From positions 128,001 through 192,000 of the forward strand of contig CBDBBI010000010.1 in NCBI GenBank assembly GCA_965202625.1: a DNA stretch of 64,000 bases. The letters run 5' to 3'. The DNA is from a bacterium. GTDB taxonomy: Bacteria > UBA8248. The notes under the pieces are model-generated. The model had not been told where the DNA came from, searched no databases, and saw only the letters and a list, made by a program, of their open reading frames with translations. Position 1 is the stretch's first letter. Each line of letters starts with the position of its first letter. Shown piece after piece: positions 60,519-64,000 of the stretch. A program made the translations under genes and the position numbers.

Positions 60519-62288
60519 TTACCCCCCGTCTTTCGGGGGAATGATGGGCAGGAGCAGGTAGGGGTCTCGCCCACCGCCGGCGTGGAGGGTGACTTTGTTG
60601 TCGAAAACCGCTGGAGGGCGATCGTCGAGGTCGTTGTGCGTCATCCCGCCCGTGCCTTTGGTGGAATAATGAAACGCTCTTCCGAAGTCACTGAGAGGAC
60701 CTGTGTATTCGTAGTCCTTGCCGCGCACGGTGAACGCCACCCGCCAACCAGCGGGAACGACGATGCACGAGGCGACTATCTCCACGTCGCACTCATATGC
60801 CTCGCCGGGGGTGAGTGAATCCACTCTGTCGTGGGGATGGTAGGGACGCCAGAACGAGCTTTTCTCTGGAGCCAGGGCGCGGTGCGAGGCGCGTAACCAG
60901 CCGTTGGCGATTGGGGTGTGCGGATCGGTAGAGCCCATGAAGGTGAGTTCCTTACCCTCCGGGTCGAACACGCGAACGATGAGGAAGAGGTCGGCGTCCT
61001 GCGTGGATGAGGAGACGAAGAGCTTCGCCGCCATTGGGCCGGTGATCTCGGTCTCCTCCACCATCGGGGGCATCCAGAAGGTCACGCCTTCGCCCATGCC
61101 TTTATATTCGAGGCGTGCTTGTGCGGCGACGGGTTCCTCCACGAGTGCCTTGTTCTCCAAGTCGAGATAAAACTTTGTCCAGCGGGTTCGGGCCAAGGGC
61201 CATTCGTTCTCATAGCGATGGATGAATTTCGGCCCTGGGTGGCGGACGTTGAGCATGACGCGCGGGGTTTTCTCCCAGCCGTTGTTGACCCCTTTCAAGA
61301 AGTGATCGAAAAAGCGCTTTTGAAGGTCGAGACCGTAGGTGCTCGAGAACAGCGACCAGTGGGAGTCGCCGTGGGCCTCAAGCCACTTTTGCTCGGAGTC
61401 CGACTCCAGAAAGCCGTTGAAGTTTCCGCGCGGATGAATTCCCTGGCCGCCCCAGTTGGCGCAGGTGAGGAGCGGGAGAGTGACCTTTGAGAGATCGGCC
61501 GAGCGATCCCGATGCCATTGATCGTCGAGCGGGTGCGCTTTCAACTCCTCGAAAGGGTTGACGCGGTTCTGTGCCAGTTCCTCCTCGCTCAGCGTGATGG
61601 GACCAGCAGTGGACTCGCCCGTCACGGGGTGCTTTCTCGCGTTCGCTCCCCGTCCATACTGGACGTTCATCACCTGAATCTTCGACCACTGCTCCGTGAA
61701 CTGGCTCAAGATACCCCCGTGGTAGCCAGAGTCGCGATAGGTGTCGTTTCCACCCTCCCACGGGATGATGGCGGTCAGGTGAGGCGGCTTTCTACCGGCG
61801 ATTCGCCACTGGTTGCGCGCGTAGTAGGAAATTCCCAGCATTCCGACCTTGCCGTTGCTCCACTCCTGCATGCCTGCCCATTCGATGCACTGGTAGAGGT
61901 CGTCAATTTCCCTGGGGGAGTTGGGCTGCATGAAGCCCGGCGACCAGCCCGCCCCGCGCGAGTCCACGCGGACGCAGACGTAGCCGTGTGGAATCCAGCA
62001 TTCGGGGTCCGTCACCTCCCAGTTTTGATATTTGTTGGTGGACATCTTCAGTATCTCTGGATAATCCGCCACCATCTTGTTCCACTGGTGGTGATAGCCC
62101 TCCTGGTAAGCTACCCCCTTTCCATAAATTCCGTAGGTCAGGATGACGGGGTATCTCCCCTCCTCAATGGGCCGAAACACATCGGCGCGAAGGACAAGGC
62201 CATCGTCCATCTTGATGGGCTGGTGCCAGGTGATCCGCATTTCGTCTCGATCCTCGGTTCTTGCATTTACCTCAGGGGTCTCACTCAT
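60519..62288 (-). CDS. CocE/NonD family serine hydrolase
   Basis: MDDG..LRADVFRP, YGK, DSRG.G.S.G, WSNGKVGMLGISYY, GWLRASHR. Confidence 0.92.
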   Translation of the reverse strand: MSETPEVNARTEDRDEMRITWHQPIKMDDGLVLRADVFRPIEEGRYPVILTYGIYGKGVAYQEGYHHQWNKMVADYPEILKMSTNKYQNWEVTDPECWIPHGYVCVRVDSRGAGWSPGFMQPNSPREIDDLYQCIEWAGMQEWSNGKVGMLGISYYARNQWRIAGRKPPHLTAIIPWEGGNDTYRDSGYHGGILSQFTEQWSKIQVMNVQYGRGANARKHPVTGESTAGPITLSEEELAQNRVNPFEELKAHPLDDQWHRDRSADLSKVTLPLLTCANWGGQGIHPRGNFNGFLESDSEQKWLEAHGDSHWSLFSSTYGLDLQKRFFDHFLKGVNNGWEKTPRVMLNVRHPGPKFIHRYENEWPLARTRWTKFYLDLENKALVEEPVAAQARLEYKGMGEGVTFWMPPMVEETEITGPMAAKLFVSSSTQDADLFLIVRVFDPEGKELTFMGSTDPHTPIANGWLRASHRALAPEKSSFWRPYHPHDRVDSLTPGEAYECDVEIVASCIVVPAGWRVAFTVRGKDYEYTGPLSDFGRAFHYSTKGTGGMTHNDLDDRPPAVFDNKVTLHAGGGRDPYLLLPIIPPKDGG

Positions 62289-62345
62289 GCGCGCTTCCTC
62301 TCGAAAAACGAACTCTCAATATGAAATTTTGATAATATAGCGGTG

Positions 62346-63056
62346 CTACACGCGGATGGATTCGCCCGGCTCCATTACGCTTATCTCTGCTGACAGCCCA
62401 CGCTTGGCGACCTCGTCTTGGAATTGCGCCGGCGTACCCGTGAGCGGTAGGAAGGTGGAATGGTGGATGGGCACGACGCGCGTGGCGCCCAGGAGCTCGA
62501 CGGCGAGGGCCGCCTCTCGGGGGTCCATCGTGAAGCGGCTGCCGATGGGCAGGAGGCAAAGGTCCGGCGCATATAACGCACCGATGAGCTTCATGTCGCC
62601 GAAAACGGCAGTGTCCCCCGCGTGGTAGAGCCGTTTGCCGTCCTCGAACGTCAGGATGAGTCCCGCTGGCTCTCCAGCGTAGATACCCGGTTCGTTGTAG
62701 CTCGAGCTGTGCATGGCATGGGTTAGCGTGACGCCGATGCCGTCGAAATCCACCGTCCCTCCCTTACCCATGGCGCCTGCGTGCTCCTCGGCGAAACCGT
62801 CGGCCTGGGCGATGAGGTTCACCAGCTCATAGGGGCCGGCGACCGGGCATCCTCCCTGGCCGTAAACGTCCATGACGCCGGCCACGTGATCGAAATGGCC
62901 GTGGGTGAGGGCGATGAGGTCCGCTTTCTGGGGGCTTTGATGATCCTCGGGGCAGATTGGATTTCCTTCCAGCCATGGGTCGATATAAAATGTCTTTCCC
63001 CCATCCGATCGCCCGACAACTGTAGAATGTCCCAGATATGTTAAAGTTGCTCCCAT
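62346..63056 (-). CDS. UPF0173-type metal-dependent hydrolase (MBL fold)
   Basis: YLGHS, IDPW..GNP, THGHFDH, HAMHSS, YHAGDT, LPIG..FTM. Confidence 0.9.
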   Translation of the reverse strand: MGATLTYLGHSTVVGRSDGGKTFYIDPWLEGNPICPEDHQSPQKADLIALTHGHFDHVAGVMDVYGQGGCPVAGPYELVNLIAQADGFAEEHAGAMGKGGTVDFDGIGVTLTHAMHSSSYNEPGIYAGEPAGLILTFEDGKRLYHAGDTAVFGDMKLIGALYAPDLCLLPIGSRFTMDPREAALAVELLGATRVVPIHHSTFLPLTGTPAQFQDEVAKRGLSAEISVMEPGESIRV

Positions 63057-63226
63057 GATCGTCCTCCCTATCGGGTTTTGGGTTTTCCCTCAGCAGTCGT
63101 TTGCCCACGGTGATAGCTGAAGTTCAAACGGCGAAGATATGCCTCTTCATATTTGCCGCATTATAGTTTCAAAGTCCTCGCTGTGAAAGGGTTTGCGGCG
63201 TTTCATGTGAGGTTTCAGGGGGTCGA

Positions 63227-63715
63227 ATGAACAGAGAAGCGATGCGCGTTAGGGCCATGCGCGTTGATGATCTTGATGAGGTGCATGACATTGAGCGGTG
63301 CTCCTTTCCGCTTCCGTGGCCGAGGGAGATTTTTTTGAGAGAGATGCGCGAAATCGAGACCTCGCACCTCCTGGTCGTGACGACGTTTGAGAACCACGCC
63401 GAGGCGACGGAATCCTCGCCCGCCCGCGTCATGGCCTACGCTTGCTGGTGGGCGGTAGCGGATGAATGCCACATCACGAATTTAGCGGTTTCTCTCGCGC
63501 ATAGACGTCGGGGGGTCGGCGGGTTTTTGCTGGAGAGAATCTTGGAAGACGCCAAGAGCAAGAAGTTCGTTCGCGCGACGCTGGAGGTGCGCATCAGCAA
63601 CGCGGCCGCCATCGCCTTGTATGAAAAAAGCGGATTTACAGCGGCGGCCATGCACCCCTGCTATTATACGGACAATGGGGAGGACGCTCTGATTATGTGG
63701 AAGGAGAAAATTTAA
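63227..63715 (+). CDS. rimI: ribosomal protein S18 alanine N-acetyltransferase
   Basis: IE..SF..PW, HITNLAV....RRRGVG, LEVR.SN.AAI.LY.K.GF, YY.DN.EDALIM. Confidence 0.92.
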   Translation: MNREAMRVRAMRVDDLDEVHDIERCSFPLPWPREIFLREMREIETSHLLVVTTFENHAEATESSPARVMAYACWWAVADECHITNLAVSLAHRRRGVGGFLLERILEDAKSKKFVRATLEVRISNAAAIALYEKSGFTAAAMHPCYYTDNGEDALIMWKEKI

Positions 63716-63726
63716 ACAGACCCTAG

Positions 63727-63746
63727 AATGACAAAGTATCGTCATT
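63727..63746. promoter_or_regulatory. 6-8-6 inverted repeat upstream of cvpA
   Basis: AATGAC-AAAGTATC-GTCATT in an AT-rich intergenic stretch. Confidence 0.3.
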
Positions 63747-63804
63747 TATGCTACTAGTAATATAAGCGTGTGCAATACTCGTCCCAAGAGAGCGCAAAGC
63801 TGCT

Positions 63805-64000
63805 ATGATCTACTTTACCTTGCTGGATATGCTCATTCTCCTCGTCGTTCTGGGGTTTGGGGTTCGCAGTTTCTTGCGCGGTTTTTTTCGGGAATTTTTT
63901 TCCCTCCTTGCGCTCGGGTGCGGCGTGTTCGTCACCTTGCTCCTCGCGCCGGCGGCGCGGCCCTATGCCTCCTCCCTGCTCGGTGAGGCGGGTTCGCTCG
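63805..64000 (+). CDS. cvpA: CvpA family membrane protein (3' end outside window)
   Basis: MIYFTLLDMLILLVVLGFGVRSFLRGFFREFFSLLA matches the CvpA pattern LD.....G..RG..RE..SL; not in the ORF track. Confidence 0.8.
   Translation, partial: MIYFTLLDMLILLVVLGFGVRSFLRGFFREFFSLLALGCGVFVTLLLAPAARPYASSLLGEAGSL

Overview
High-GC bacterial chromosome segment, mostly housekeeping and accessory metabolism: gap-pgk-tpiA-secG, ilvD, def, rimI, cvpA, an Opp-type ABC transporter, an M16 peptidase pair, a siroheme nitrite/sulfite reductase cluster, an Sdh-like flavoenzyme plus fumarase/tartrate dehydratase operon, and a hydantoinase/oxoprolinase pair. Many accessory genes are decayed while core genes are intact. 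The ankyrin protein type and this decay pattern suggest a host-associated, possibly sponge-associated, lineage (inference only). Main points: (1) next to tRNA-Leu(GAG) lies a ~1450-codon, frameshifted sacsin-type GHKL ATPase/DUF3883-like nuclease gene whose ATPase motifs are in a permuted order and whose reading frame runs into the antisense of the tRNA; (2) a DsbA-like gene is a probable selenoprotein (CYVUP motif plus SECIS-like hairpin) missed by the ORF track; (3) an inverted pair of CGTC-tagged REP-like palindromes with a compensatory stem change brackets a lower-GC cassette holding a secreted ankyrin protein and an orphan gene; (4) a decayed DGQHR gene is fused in frame to an MBL-fold hydrolase; (5) the Sdh-like operon lacks the covalent-FAD histidine and may act on a substrate other than succinate. 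All product calls come from motif recognition by eye; no database searches were run.
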